DNA from: Octopus sinensis | Taxonomy: Eukaryota | Direction: 5' to 3' | DNA length: 64,000 nucleotides | Assembly (NCBI RefSeq): GCF_006345805.1 | Contig: NC_042999.1 | Span: forward strand, 31,124,001-31,188,000 | Shown: positions 13,212 to 26,588 of the stretch, one piece after another | Layout of the letters: every line of letters starts with the position of its first letter | Numbering within the stretch: the first letter of the stretch is position 1 | Notes under the pieces: model-generated | Told to the model about the DNA's origin: nothing | Database searches by the model: none | What the model saw: the letters and a program-made list of their open reading frames with translations, nothing else | Translations under genes and position numbers: made by a program

Positions 13212-13904
13212 AGCTTGTATATATATATGATTTTTCTGAAATTGATGTACCATACACCAATTATAATTTTTCTGCAGTTTCTGAAAATCCATCTATCGAT
13301 TTTGCCTTGCTTGCATTAAATCATAATGGTTATATATTTTTATTGATGAGGATGCAGTTATTTGCTGATGATGACGGCCATGAAGAGGTGATGTCAATAA
13401 TGACATCAACAACAACAACAACAACAACAACAATAATAATAATAATAATAACACTAATAGTAATAACATCGATGATGATGATGATGATGATGATGATGGT
13501 GATGATTATTTGCTCATTAACTCCAAGGACTCGAACAGATAGAGCAAAAATACAATGAACCATTAAACAAGTGGCTTACAAAATCGTGTTGAATTACACG
13601 AGACGACGTGAGGAGTGAGCCACGTTATGCAATTTATAATTGGATGAATTTGAATAAAAATAATTATAAAGCACCAATAGTCAAACGGTGTAGATACTAA
13701 AATACGATACAGCATGGAATTAGTCTAACAGAATGAAGAGTACCACAATGTATTTTGTTCGACTCTTTCATGGCTGTGCACATCCACCGTGCTTATAAAA
13801 TGTTTCAAGTACATTTTACCTTATCAATCTCGAAAGGACGAAAGGCAGAGTTAATTTCGGTGGGATTTACTGTTTGAAACGTAAAATTCCAGAATACATT
13901 TTTC

Positions 13905-14322
13905 GGATCTTTTCGGTTTGAACGGCAGTTTTTAACATAATTTCTAGGTAACTAAAAAAATTTTAAACTACGTATACTGGTAGAATGTGTTTATAAAACA
14001 TATTTTTCTCTTGGCTTTATTGAGAAAATTCTATAGTTTGTAAGATATTTGTTGTTGTTTTTCTTCAATTTCTGCAATTTCAACCAATCAGTGACGTCCA
14101 TTGAGGTAAATAACATTCTGTGCCGTATAAATGTGTCCCTCGTTTAAGAAACAGATTGGTTTATTTACATTTGTGAAGAAAAAAATATATCCTTCCCCCC
14201 ACACCTAACCCTAACCTTAAAATAGATTGAAATGCAATAGATCAATACTAGGGTTATAATTATGGGTGACAATTTCATATGACACCGCTAGAAAAAATCT
14301 GCCATTCAAACCGAAAAGATCC
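13905..14322. mobile_element. MITE with ~29-bp TIRs, an 8-bp TSD and internal telomere-like repeats (Merlin-like termini)
   Basis: TIR GGATCTTTTCGGTTTGAACGGCAGTTTTT / AAAAATCTGCCATTCAAACCGAAAAGATCC. Flanks CATTTTTC and CATATTTC (1 mismatch). CCTAACCCTAACC at ~14204-14216. A second copy lies at 61698-62110. Confidence 0.9.
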
Positions 14323-14876
14323 CATATTTCTAATCCTTAATTGAGTTTGCTATTTCGTCTCTCATAATAGTATCTGATACAGCTACGAAACATGTAAAAG
14401 TGTTCGCCGATAACACGGACGTCGGTACTTGATCTTTACATTACACTATCAACCTTAACGAATAAAGTTAAAAAATGAAAAGCAAATTTCACATCGGTGA
14501 TATTTGAAACCAGTACTTGGAACCCGAAACGAATATGGTGATGGTGGCTCCAGATTTTTGTTACGAGACTAACAATTTCGGGAAAGGAGATAGCTTGAGT
14601 GCCTCATCCGCTGTGCTGAACTGGTACTTATTCTGTATAACACCAAAAGGATGAAAAGCAAAGTCGAAAAGTTGACCTCAGTGGAAGTTCAACTCAGAAC
14701 GTAAAGACGGCCAAAATGCGGCAACGCAATTTGTTTGGCGTGCTAAAGATATTCCCAGATTTATTAATCAACCGGTAACAACTGCATATGTTAGACTTAC
14801 ATATGAGTGAATATATATATATATATATACGTATATATATCGTGTATATATATATATTATATATTATATATATATC

Positions 14877-14984
<108 letters not shown>

Positions 14985-15024
14985 CATGTATGTATATATA
15001 TATCGTATATATTATCGTAAATAT

Positions 15025-15341
15025 GAAGACTCCGCCGGTTACGACGACGAGGGTCCCAGCTGATACGATCAACAGAACAGCTTGCTCGTGAAATTAACGT
15101 GCAAATGGCTGAGCATTCCACAGACACGTGTACCCTTAACGTAGTTCTCGGGGATAATCAGCGTGACACAGAGAGTGACAAGGCTGACCCTTTGAAATAC
15201 AAGTACAACTCATTTTTGCCAGCTGAGTGGACTGGAGCAACGTGAAATAAAGTGTCTTGCTCAAGGACACAACGCGTCGCCGGGAATCGAACTCACAACC
15301 TTACGATCATGAGCCGAATGCCCTAACCACTAAGCCACGCG
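15025..15341 (-). mobile_element. CORE-type tRNA SINE with tail X
   Basis: Minus strand CGCGTGGCTTAGTGGTTAGG (A box), GAGTTCGATTCC (B box), TGTGTCCTTGAGCAAGACACTT (CORE-like). Tail shared with 17205-17390. Confidence 0.88.
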
Positions 15342-15452
15342 TAAATATATATATATATATCGTATATATAATCGTAAATATATATATATATGCATGTATC
15401 TATATATATAAATATATAAACATATGCATATATATATGTATATCTATGTATA

Positions 15453-15515
<63 letters not shown>

Positions 15516-15629
15516 GATAGATATATATATACAGATATATATGTGTGTGTGTATTGTAGTTTCAGCTCGGAGCTGTGGCCATGCTGCAGCAGCGCAGTTT
15601 TGCTACACTTATATACATATATATATATA

Positions 15630-15767
15630 ATCGACAGACAAGGCTTTGGTTGACCCGGAACTATAGCAGATGACATGACACTTGACCAACTTGCTACGCA
15701 GTTGGGCTTAACTTGGAACAATGTGGTTGGGAATAAAGCTTCTTACCACACAGCCAAGTCTGTGCCT

Positions 15768-15770
<3 letters not shown>
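15630..15770 (-). mobile_element. SINE family C head fragment
   Basis: caaggctttggttgacccgg..atgtggttggga..cttcttaccacacagcca. Confidence 0.6.
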
Positions 15771-15813
<43 letters not shown>

Positions 15814-17074
15814 ACACACATACACATTCCTTTGCTTGTAGACATGTGATGTTCAGTATATGCATTCCAATTTTCAAAAGCAATCATTTACGTTTGATAT
15901 ATAGAAAGAAACACTCGTGGATTCCAAACACGACAGTTGTTAGAAATTTATTGGTTCCGAATCGAAACTGTTTGTAAATAACTCTCATTTAATAATATGG
16001 CAAGAGACCATTTTACAGAAAGCGCCGCTAAAGCCTTCCTTTATTCTCCGACCTGTTTATCTTTTAAACTCAGCAGCATATAAATTGCATTCGTCATGAT
16101 GGCTCTTGGGGAATATATGCATTTTTCTCATTTTTTTTTTATCAAACATATGTCTTAAAAAAGGAAATCAATTAGTTGGTCTGAACAGAATAAAGTGTTT
16201 TAATTTATAATGACTACATGTTAAGCCTCTATTTAAAAGAGAAAGCCCTTTTATGTCCTCTGAACACTCAATAGGATAAAGATATGACAGCTAATGGTCA
16301 GAACAATATATCAAGTCCTGTGATAAACCATGCCGGTAATGGTATGATATATAGCAGTGTCTAGCAAACGAAGTTTTTACTTGGGCTGTATTTCATGTTT
16401 GTTATCTATGAATTGGCTTTTGTTCGCAATGTGTTTAAATGGTTAACCCATAATTATTAATGGCTTCTCCTCTGTAGTATTCGTTTATATATTTTCTCAT
16501 TTGCATTCCAGTATTTATAAGCTTGCTTCGGAAGATTTCCAGACACACGCTCGAATCCATGCACACGCGCGCGCGCATACATACACATTTATAAAGTTAA
16601 GAAGATCAAATCGATCATGGTAAAACGTTCGGTTCGTTCCTGAGCATAAAAAAAGGCTTGCTTAGAAAACCAAATGAAATCATAATTGATCAATAAATTT
16701 ACTAGTCAATGTATCAAATACAAGTCCCGGATGAATACGCATTTCATATGAAACGGATTTGATGTTTCGTAACATGGATTCCATACACTTTTGAAACATA
16801 TGTAGTTTGTAACATCTTTATCCATTACTTTTACTTTCACTCGTTCGCATGCACTCAAGCTCGCATTCATGTATAGGTGAAACGGAAGTGAACACGCAGA
16901 CATTAACACTGCTCATTTACAAAATGTTCGCGGCACACTGTGCAATATAACATTAACGGTAAGCATTGTTTTAAAGGTTATCGGTAACATTTTTAAAGAT
17001 CACGTTAGCACTGTATATCTTGGAGAGGCAGAAAGAAAGATGCCATCTATTACCCCTTCGTACAGAGGGTAAAG

Positions 17075-17390
17075 CCACGGGCGTTGGGAGTGTTTATTGA
17101 GCGAAAACACCTAAAAGCTCCACGAGGCTCCGGCAGGGGATGGTGGTGATCCCTGCTGTACTCTTTCACCACAACCTTCTCTCACTCTTACTTCCTGTTT
17201 CTGTTGTACCTGTATTTCAAAGAGCCGGCCTTGTCACTCTCTGTGTCACGCTGAATATCCCCGAGAACTACGTTAAGGGTACACGTGTCTGTGGAGTGCT
17301 CAGCCACTTATACGTTAATTTCACGAGCAGGCTGTTTCGTTGGTCGGATCAACCGGAACCCTCATCGTCGTAACCGACGGAGTGCTTCCA
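17075..17390 (+). mobile_element. SINE with an alternative (Ceph-like) central domain and tail X, 5' truncated
   Basis: GTGTTTATTGAGCGAAAACACCTAAAAGCTCCACGAGGCTCCGGCAG is shared with 31681 and 53717. Tail GAGAACTACGTTAAGGGTACACGTGTCTGTGG is shared with 15025. Confidence 0.8.
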
Positions 17391-17536
17391 TCCCATCCAA
17401 AGCCACGAAATCCTAGTAACGTACGTGATTCATTTATCAGCTTAATTATTTTATCTTCTTACTTGTTTCAGTTATTGCACTGTGGTTATGGTGAGGTACA
17501 GAGACGCACAAACTCGATCACACACAAACACACACA

Positions 17537-17592
<56 letters not shown>

Positions 17593-17684
17593 ATCTGTAC
17601 GTTCACTGACAAATGTCAGTTGAACGCTCTCGCAGATAGATGTTAAGCATTTTATAAATTACGGTGTTAAAATCTTACGTTTCT

Positions 17685-17739
<55 letters not shown>

Positions 17740-17742
<3 letters not shown>

Positions 17743-17945
17743 GTAGAATTCAAGAAAAAAAAAGAAAATACGAAGACAAGTGATGTAGAAAACAAACAGA
17801 TGTATTAGTATAACGTTCGGGAATTGAAAAAGTCTTTTACATTTCGAGCTTCCGCTCTTCCACAGGAAGGAACACAGGAAGAAAGAAGGAGAGAAAAAAT
17901 GTGTGTAGTGAATACTAATCTATCATGGTGAAAGCCGTACAGAAG
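17740..17945 (-). mobile_element. Short TA-associated repeat resembling a Penelope-like 3' end; a related fragment lies at 345-418
   Basis: cgaagacaagtgatgtagaaaacaaacagatgtattagtataacgttcgggaattga matches 362-418. The minus strand has a GAAGAGC-GGAA-GCTCGAAA hairpin, a degenerate hammerhead-like motif. Confidence 0.5.
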
Positions 17946-18051
17946 GGTCACACACACATACACATACATATGTATATATATATATATGTGTGTGTGTGTT
18001 ATGTATATATATATATATGGATCATATATGTACACACATATAATACATATA

Positions 18052-18282
18052 TATTTCTTTACTACCCACAAGGGGCTAAACACAGAGGGGACAAACAAGG
18101 ACAGACAAAAGGATTAAGTCGATTACATCGACCCCAGTGCGTAACTGGCACTTAATTTATCGACCCCGAAAGGATGAAAGGCAAAGTCGACCTCGGCGGA
18201 ATTTGAACTCGGAACGTAACGACAGACGAAATACGGCTACGCAGGTCGCCCGGCGTTCTAACGTTTCTGCCAGTTCGCCGCC
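18052..18282 (-). mobile_element. SINE family A, full-length copy
   Basis: Near-identical to 10125-10350 and 45252-45481. Confidence 0.92.
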
Positions 18283-18289
18283 TTATTTT

Positions 18290-18327
<38 letters not shown>

Positions 18328-18604
18328 CATATATACATGCATAACACACACATGTCCTTCACACAAAGGCATGCCGATGGATATACATTGAATTAGAAAG
18401 TAGAATCATAGATATTTGTATTCACTTACCTTAAAAGCTCGTCTTATTTCCCTTTCTACTTCGTAATGGCTAAGTCCGGAAGGTGCTCGAAGAATTCTGT
18501 AAGTTAACTCCCTTGTTTTCCATTTACTTCCTAGAAGTAAAAATGAAAATTATAAATATTTACATAATCGAGAATGAAAGCGTGATTCGTTTAATGAGTA
18601 CGTT

Positions 18605-18810
18605 TTATTTTTTGTGTTTTACTTCTTTAACTCATTGGTCTGCGGCTATGCTGGAGTAGCACATAGAAGGGTTTAAGCAGGTAAATCAATCTCAGTACTT
18701 ATTTTTTTAAGCATGGTATTTATTCATTCGGGTTTCGTTTTGCCAATCCGTTAAGTCACGCGAACGTAAACATACCGGCACTGATTTTCAAAAGCGGTTG
18801 GTGGGCAGAA
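18605..18810 (-). mobile_element. SINE family C tail fragment
   Basis: cattggtctgcggctatgctggag..gccaatccgttaagtcacg..cgtaaacataccggca. Confidence 0.6.
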
Positions 18811-19126
18811 ACAAACACAGACACACATAGATATATACACACACAGATAATATATACACATTCTTACAAACAGACGCGTATATATAATATATATATATAT
18901 ATTTACAGATTGAGATAGGGGTTGTAAATGCAACCCTCCATGGGTACTCTTTTATGTACACTTTTTTTATGTACATTCCTTTATGTACACTGATTTGTTC
19001 TGCTTTTTTATGTTTAACCCTACAGTCTCTTATATGGTGGTTTAATAAAGTATGTGATTGAGCATTATCTGGTAATTGATATTTGATTTAGATGTATTTC
19101 TCCATTTTCTTATCTTGTGTATATAT

Positions 19127-19164
<38 letters not shown>

Positions 19165-19238
19165 GTTCTGTATTTAAGAGATGTGTAATTACGTACATTA
19201 TTTACATATGACGGATATTTGTCTTCATCTTGTCTGTT

Positions 19239-19284
19239 AACACAACGTTTCAACTGATATACCCTCCAGCCTTCATCAGGTGTC
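19239..19284 (-). ncRNA. Minimal type I hammerhead ribozyme motif, core intact
   Basis: Minus strand GACAC CUGAUGA A GGCUG gagggUAUAU CAGUU GAAA CG UU GUGUU. Stem I is GACAC/GUGUU, stem II is GGCUG/CAGUU, a palindromic ACGU replaces stem III, and the cleavage triplet is GUU. Confidence 0.75.
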
Positions 19285-19330
19285 TTGGGGAAATTTCGAA
19301 TCTGATTCTCATTCCTAAGGTATCTTTCGC

Positions 19331-19390
<60 letters not shown>

Positions 19391-19642
19391 AGTCACTGCC
19401 TGGATATGCAGTCCGAATCCACGGGCATATGGCGTAGTGGTTAAGAGTGCCGGCTGCTAACACCAAGATCCCGAGTTCGATTCCAGTCAGTGACTTGTAT
19501 AATCATAATAATAGTTATAATACTAATAATAATAATAATAATAATAATAATTATAATAATAATAATAATAATAATAACTACAACAACAACAACATCGAAA
19601 AATACCTTAGGAATGAGAACACAGACTTGAAATTTCCCCTAA

Positions 19643-19688
19643 GACACCTGATGAATGCTGGAGGGTATATCAGCCGAAGCGTTGTGTT
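19643..19688 (+). ncRNA. Minimal type I hammerhead ribozyme motif, mutated copy
   Basis: GACAC CUGAUGA A UGCUG gagggUAUAU CAGCC GAAG CG UU GUGUU. The GAAA->GAAG change and the G->U change at the base of stem II probably inactivate it. Confidence 0.62.
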
Positions 19689-19742
19689 AACAACAAACAA
19701 GATGAGGACAAATATCCGTCAAATGTAAATAATGTACGCATT

Positions 19743-19803
<61 letters not shown>

Positions 19804-20434
19804 CGACGTGCTTCTTTCAGTTTCTCTCTACTAAATTCTCTCACAAGTATTTATTAAGCTCGGGACATTAGTACAAGACACCCGCCCAATTTTCCACGCA
19901 GTGGAATTGAACGAGGCACCGTTAGACAAGTGTCTGATGCTATAGCACCGCAATGACCAAAGCCTTTTGAATGGTTTTGGTAGACGGTTTCTGATACAAT
20001 TCTCGTCGTATGTATGCGCGTGTGTATGTGTTTGCACCCAGCACTCTAAATAACCGTTGTTGGTTTGTTTGTGTTTCTTTAACATAGCGGTTCATCGAAA
20101 TTGACTGATAGAATAAGTACCAAACTTAATAATGAATACTGAGGGCCGACGGCGAATGATTGAAAGAAGTACAAGATACAGATAAAGCATATTGAATTTG
20201 AACTGAAACAATAGCTCAAGAAATGGTTAACCACTTCAAACTACACAGAGTAGTAGCTTTCGTTTGCTGTCGGTAATAATAATGAATAATTGAATGATGA
20301 TTGATCATTCTTTAAATAGTAGAATATGTGAAACTAGATTGTGGACTGTCAAAAAATGAAATTTATTGGTTAAAAATATATACTCCAGACATGTTTATGT
20401 TATGGCCATACTGAAGCCGCGATATTAAGCCTTT

Positions 20435-20466
20435 GCTACTGCTGTTACCACCACCACCACCACCAT

Positions 20467-20530
<64 letters not shown>

Positions 20531-20595
20531 CCTGTTGATGCTGATGATGATGATGATACCTCTCCTCCTGCTCCTACCATCACCACCACTACCAC
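20435..20595. repeat. Compound trinucleotide repeat (CCA/CTA/CTG/GAT)
   Basis: Direct reading. Confidence 0.93.
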
Positions 20596-20734
20596 AGCTG
20601 TTTAGAAATCTGTGTCCACTCATATGTATACAAATCAATTAATTGATTTAAATATTACGAGAAGAAAGTCAAAGAAATATTAACTATATGTCTGATTAAA
20701 TGATCTTTTATTATTTTTGTCTAAGGTAGTAAAT

Positions 20735-20948
20735 CATTTCTACTATAGGTACAACTACTGAAATTTAGGTTGGGGACGGGTTGTCTATTACATCAATCCT
20801 ATTACTTGATGGCACTTTTTTGATGGGCCCCGAAATGAGGAAACGCCGAGTCAATCTCGGCGGCAGTGGAACTAAGAACGTAAAGACGGACGAAATGCGC
20901 TGAGCATTCTGCAAGGCATGCTAACGACTCTTTCAAGCTCGCTGCCTT
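20735..20948 (-). mobile_element. SINE family B (same head and centre as family A, tail ending GTAGAAA), degenerate
   Basis: tttctactataggtacaa..ctcggcggc..gaactaagaacgtaaagacggacgaaatg..gctaacg..agctcgctgcc. Confidence 0.65.
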
Positions 20949-23900
20949 CCTTTAGATAGTAAATAAAATGAGGTTATTTTTCACTTGGATGTAATGTCAG
21001 AAGATCAATATCTATTGTGAAGAATCCATGCATTGTTGACTAATAAGTGATTTTAAATTAATATTTAGCTTACTTACTATAACTGGGATTTATGGAATTT
21101 TAAATCAAATGCAATATTTTATTGCAAATGTTTTTTCCTTTGCAAAATTAAACACACGTTTGGTTCTCTACGTGTATTTCGTTGTTTACGTATAAAGTCT
21201 CGGAATCTTTTGGTGGAACATACACATTGGGATTCCCTTATAGCCTCCAATTTGTCTACATAATTTTCACTTTTTTTTTTCGTCAGAATCATCTTTGGTA
21301 TAAAATATACAGCTGCTTATTATAGTAGCTAATCGTGTACTGGTTAAAGTGTATTGTTGATGAAAGCAGTACGATCCACCCACCCTGATGTAATCCGTGT
21401 ATCACATCGGTATATGTAAATAAGAGATAGAAAGATAAATAGACAGATTAGAGTGATAGATAGAGAGTGAGAGAGAGAGGGTAAGAGAGAGAGAGAGAGA
21501 CAGACAGAAGGAAAGAAAATAGCCTTCACATAATGAGATTTATCAAGTGTTATTTAGAAAACCATATGAAGTGGAAGATGTAATCGCTTAAAAGTGGCAA
21601 ATCAAATTATTTTCAGAGGATGCAATCATACTTGGGCGTCACAAATGTTGTATTCTAGTAATATGGATTCTATATGTTGAATGGGATACTTTGGAATAAC
21701 TTCCTATGGAGACAACTAAGCCTTGATGTTGATTAGATGCATACACTTTATAGTTACGTATTCATGGTTAATTTAACTTCAGATGGACTTGGGTGAAAAA
21801 GAAACACTGACAAAAATAAGTTGTTATTTATTCAAATATAAACCACATGAGGCACCACATAAATTAAGAGAACTGAAATAGGAATTAGTTTTCCTACTGT
21901 TTTCTATAAGTACTTAGAATGTCGTGAATCTAGTAATGCAGATTACAAAATAATAATATAAAACAATTGTTATTTTACAGTGCTGAAAACAATATTCGCA
22001 GCCAAATGTGTAAACTCACAATAGAACGTCAATTAGCAGAAGACTTCAGATATAGAAAACTGACGTTGCTTCTGAATGAAATGGTTTAGGCCTTCATCCT
22101 CATAACATTTAGAATTAAATGGACTATTATATAGAGTTTTGTGCTTGTCTTTTAGATGTAGGTCAGGCCTGAGTAAGCAGACGTATGTTCAGAAGCCGGT
22201 TCTGAGCAAATGCTAACTGTAACCATTGCATCTAAGTGTCTGTTCATGACTACAAACTCCAATGTGACCCCCCTACTTCTAAGACTGCTTTAAACATAAG
22301 AGAAAAGCCTAGAACACAGTAAAACGTACAAGTTTATTTCTAATTCCTAAGACTAGTCTCATATATGAATAATCAAACTTCCAGACTAGCAAAAGTTTTT
22401 AAATTTTCAAAGAAAGGCAACAGATAAAATCGAATAAATGTCAGAAACTGAAATGATTGCAATAATAAAAGTTACATTGTAGATATTCCATTAATAATTA
22501 TTCAATTATTCCATGGCCTCCAGAAACTGTCTCATCATTCATCGTTCCTTGAGAAAAGTTGAAAAGTAATTACATGATTCTTTGATCTACTAAGATACTG
22601 TGTTTGTGTTATGTAGCTCAAGACTTATACCAATATTGATTTTTATTTATCAACCACGTGTTCCGTTTTCAGAATGGACTGGTCTATAATAGATTGTATG
22701 AGATCCAGTATATTTCAAGAACTGAATTCATTTCGCTCACCAATAAATTTCTCTCAATATATTGGTCACAATTTCATTCTTATTTTCAGTATATCAGTTT
22801 GACTGCTAATGCTAGATAATACCTGTGTTACATCTGGAGAGACGGTAGGATATAGGTAGAAACCAGCCTGATCCTGGGAGAAGTGGTTATTTCAATAGTG
22901 TTAGGTAATTCAAAATGAGGAGACATCACATCTATAGGGAAAAGGTTCAAATGACACCGTATCGATCAATCAGGTGGCCTCGGTTTGGATGCCGTATTTC
23001 TGGGGTTAGAATTATTTTTTCTGCAACAAATAACACTAAGATTGAAATAATTTCAACTATCAACCTCTCTAGTATAAACAATTATTTGACAAGGGAGATA
23101 TTTGTTTATTCCAAAACAAATACACCATTCTCTATTTTCACTTTCAAACCTAATCTATATAGGATTACATTTCCCTATGTGTGTAATCAATGTATCCTCT
23201 CCTTTCAATGGAAATAAATCGTAATTTGTGGGAGATTCACAGGTAATTTACTTCGAAGAACATGGAAGAATCGTCAACAATATTTTTGGTGCGACAATTT
23301 CCAAGTTATGTCCATCACCCGACCTACGCACATAATTTATCTTTTAACAAGCACCTCATATTTAGAGGTTATAGCTTTATGCAGTGAGGGCTTATATAAT
23401 TAATAAGTATACTGAAGGCGATGTAAACATATTGTGTTGTTTTAAGGTGTGGAGAACTATGATGATTTTGGCCGCAAACCTTTGGTAGAATGCTTATAAC
23501 ACAGCTGCTAGAAGTGAAAATAAATGGTTTCGTTTTGTAGACAAGGAAGTGGCTGATAAGCATGGAATAGAATGAGTGGAACAGGATCCTTGTCTAGATA
23601 ATAAGATGACATGAGGGAAATACAAGGAAAACAGCAAAGTTTTATATTCTTTGTGCTTGAGAAACAGGCTGCAATAACGCACTAAGATGCATTATATTAG
23701 GCGCTCTACCAGTCGGGCACCCTTGCCAAGGAAAATATTAAATAGTGCAGATATGTATATATTTGTATGTTTATGATAGAAGGAAAAATAACATTGTGCT
23801 AGTTCGACAGAACGGAGTTTACTTTGTTTGAAAGAATAAAGAGGTGGCTGTCCTCGAAATAGTTCTTGTCAGATAAATAATGTATATTCATGTTGACGAC

Positions 23901-24333
23901 AAGATAGCAAAATAAGAGCGAATGTTTTGAAAAGTTAAAAACGAACAAGAGATATCAAAACATTACTACAATATTAATAACATTTCAAAACATTAGAAAT
24001 ATAACAAACTTTTGTACTTATCATAATATCATTTGTTATACAGATAAGTCGGAGATCAAAATTGTTTACCGTGAAGTCAGATTTTAAGTTTCCAGAAAAA
24101 TAGAAACGAGAAACTATTATTTTTAAAATCATTGACTACAGATGTTGGAAACTAAGAGAATACTGAGAACTAAATTATCTTGTTAGGTACGTTAGGAATA
24201 GTTGTATTGTCACTGATAAGAAGAATAAAAATAAAAGTACGCTTTATTTTCACACAAACAAATCTATATGTAATCTATGTTCGTGTATATGTATCACATA
24301 TATTCTCTCTTTCTGTCTGTCTGTCAGTCTCTA

Positions 24334-24365
<32 letters not shown>

Positions 24366-24619
24366 GATAGATAGATTGATTGATTGATATAGGGATGGAT
24401 GGTGTGTGTAGGGTGAGTATGTATTAATGTTGTTTATATGTGGCTGCGTACTTGTGATTGTGGATGTGTATATATGTATGTACTAATTATAGAAACAGGG
24501 AAAGGATGCAACATAAATTGGGAGATAGATGGCCAGGTGTATTCTTTGTATAAGTGAACGTGAATAATTCGAATTAAAATCAATATTTGAATAATATCTA
24601 CATCATTGTTTTGCGTGCA

Positions 24620-24897
24620 GGTCTGAATAAAAATGAATTATTCTTGAATAATTGTTTTTAGTAACATATAAACGCTAGAACCCGAGATTATTGTAAATGG
24701 AGACTGTAGCTTTATTTCAGGATATTGCCTGGTTAAATCTACTGTCTTATTTTTCCGAAAGGTTATTTAATGAAGTTAATTGTGTCCTCTGCTTCTGCTT
24801 CGACCTACATGTTTTTCTTCAGTCAGATATATCTGTAGAAAGGTAGGACTTCTATATAGAGATCAGAAAATGAATTATTGGTGATCCTTGCTGAAGT
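24620..24897. repeat. ~280-bp segment duplicated in direct orientation at 26251-26532
   Basis: Both copies run GGTCTGAATAAAAATGAATT...TTATTGGTGAT(C/A)CTTGCTGAAGT, colinear with scattered substitutions. Confidence 0.92.
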
Positions 24898-25536
24898 CTC
24901 CCAAACCGATAATAAATAATCAGATGCAGGCAGGGTAACAAGAATCAAAACAATGACAGAAGTATTCGTTCTTAATATGTTCTGGCAGAGAGGAACCTGA
25001 ACATACTAATCGCCGGTGTATTTCGGCTACGGAAAACATCTCCATTTACAGCATCTGTGTTCCCAACAAGCACAATTTATTGACGTAAGGAAACGAAATT
25101 CAACAGTGGCTAGCACATTAACAGTCAATTAATATGACTTTGTTTTGACCTCCCTGTCCCGCCTGCATCTTATTATTATTAATATTATTATCATTATTAT
25201 TATTGTTGTTGTATTTCGGAATGGTCATGTTGCCAGTTTAGCCAATAAAAACACACGAACTATAAAATTTTGTGTTACTTTGCTTCAGTGTCATTTAATT
25301 TTTACATTAATCTTACTCTTATTTCGGCCAGAGTTCTTTCGTCACACTCCTGTGACCGCATCAGTGGTCCTTTGCTTTCTTCTTTCTTATTTGTGTCTCT
25401 CCTTACTAACCGTCAGCCATTTTGTATTTCTATTGTATTATTTTTATTCTTATTTTTATTTTAATTTTTATTATTATTACTATTATTATTAGTAGTATTA
25501 TTAGTGTTGTTGTTGTTGTTATTATTATTATTATTA

Positions 25537-26258
25537 ATCTAAATGTTTGATACAATCGCTTGCTGAAACAAACCCAGTATACAGGGTCGAGTGAAGTATA
25601 AGAGATGTTACAGTATCACTGGAAGCTTTGGGAGAGGGTAAGTAGTGGAATATCTTCATGTAATACAACACACACATTTAAATGTATAAGGTTTTTCTAG
25701 CGATGTGAGAAGTACTTGTCAGTACAACCTTTTGGATTTTCCCGAGACATGGTTCTCCAGGGATGTTATCTAGATGTTTCTGACACCCCTCGTTTATCAT
25801 ACCTGGGGCACCTACAATAACATGAACAGTTCTCGTTTCAAGATGCTGCATCTTTTGCATTTCAATTTCCAGGTCCTTATATTCGCTTAGATTATCATAT
25901 TCCTTGCCAGATGTGTTTTTATCAGTGGGGAAGCTTACATCTATTAGTCTACAAGCATATTCATCCCGGTCTTTAATAATTATACATGGTCGATTTGCCT
26001 TGATGGCTCTGTCAGTGCTGCCTGGAATATCCCAGAGGATAATGACATTTTTATCTTCAACGATTAGATCAGGATAATGTTTAAACCAGTAAACAGGAGC
26101 GCTGATTTTGTAATGTTTACATATTTTCCAATGTAAACACTGTCCTACCCTACCGTGACGAATTTTATATTCCTTTTGGAGTCAGCACAGTACATCCCGA
26201 GACATGATGGCCTATTGTTCCGTCGAATGTGTCGCAGAATCTGCACCTAGGGTCTGAA
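25537..26258 (-). mobile_element. R4/Dong-like non-LTR retrotransposon 3' fragment (CCHC knuckle plus restriction-like endonuclease)
   Basis: Minus strand SDPRCRFCDTFDGTIGHHVSGC, one frameshift, then EYKIRHGRVGQCLHW..ILWDIP..TDRAIKANRPCIIIKD..CRLIDVSFP..EYKDLEIEMQKM..VIVGAPG..IQKVVLTSTSHIARKTL*. A short 3' UTR follows, then (TAA)n. Confidence 0.9.
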
Positions 26259-26543
26259 TAAAAATGAATTCATCTTGAATAATTGTTTTTAGTAATATAT
26301 AAACGTTATAACTCGAGATTATTGTAAGTGGAGACTGTAGTTTAATTTCAGGATATTGCCTGGTTAAATCTACAGTTGTTATTTTTCCGAAAGGTAATTT
26401 AAAGACGTTAATCGTGTCCTCTGCTTCTGCTTCGACCTATTTGCGTTTCTTCAGTCAAATATATCTGTGGAAAGGTAGAGGGACTTCTATATAGAAATCA
26501 GCAAATAAATTATTGGTGATACTTGCTGAAGTATATTATTAAA

Positions 26544-26588
<45 letters not shown>

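Larger units (their letters stand above)
19165..19738 (+). mobile_element. tRNA-headed, hammerhead-containing Penelope-like non-autonomous element, with an inverted 5'-truncated copy upstream
   Basis: Inverted arms 19192-19404 and 19482-19738. A box TGGCGTAGTGG at 19430-19440, B box GAGTTCGATTCC at 19473-19484. (AAT)n spacer, one hammerhead motif per arm, (TA)n on both flanks. Confidence 0.8.

Noticed and set aside
19423-19497. Functional tRNA gene (Ser-GCT-like loop)
   Set aside because: The acceptor stem does not pair, there is no long variable arm and no T-run terminator. It is a SINE-type head.
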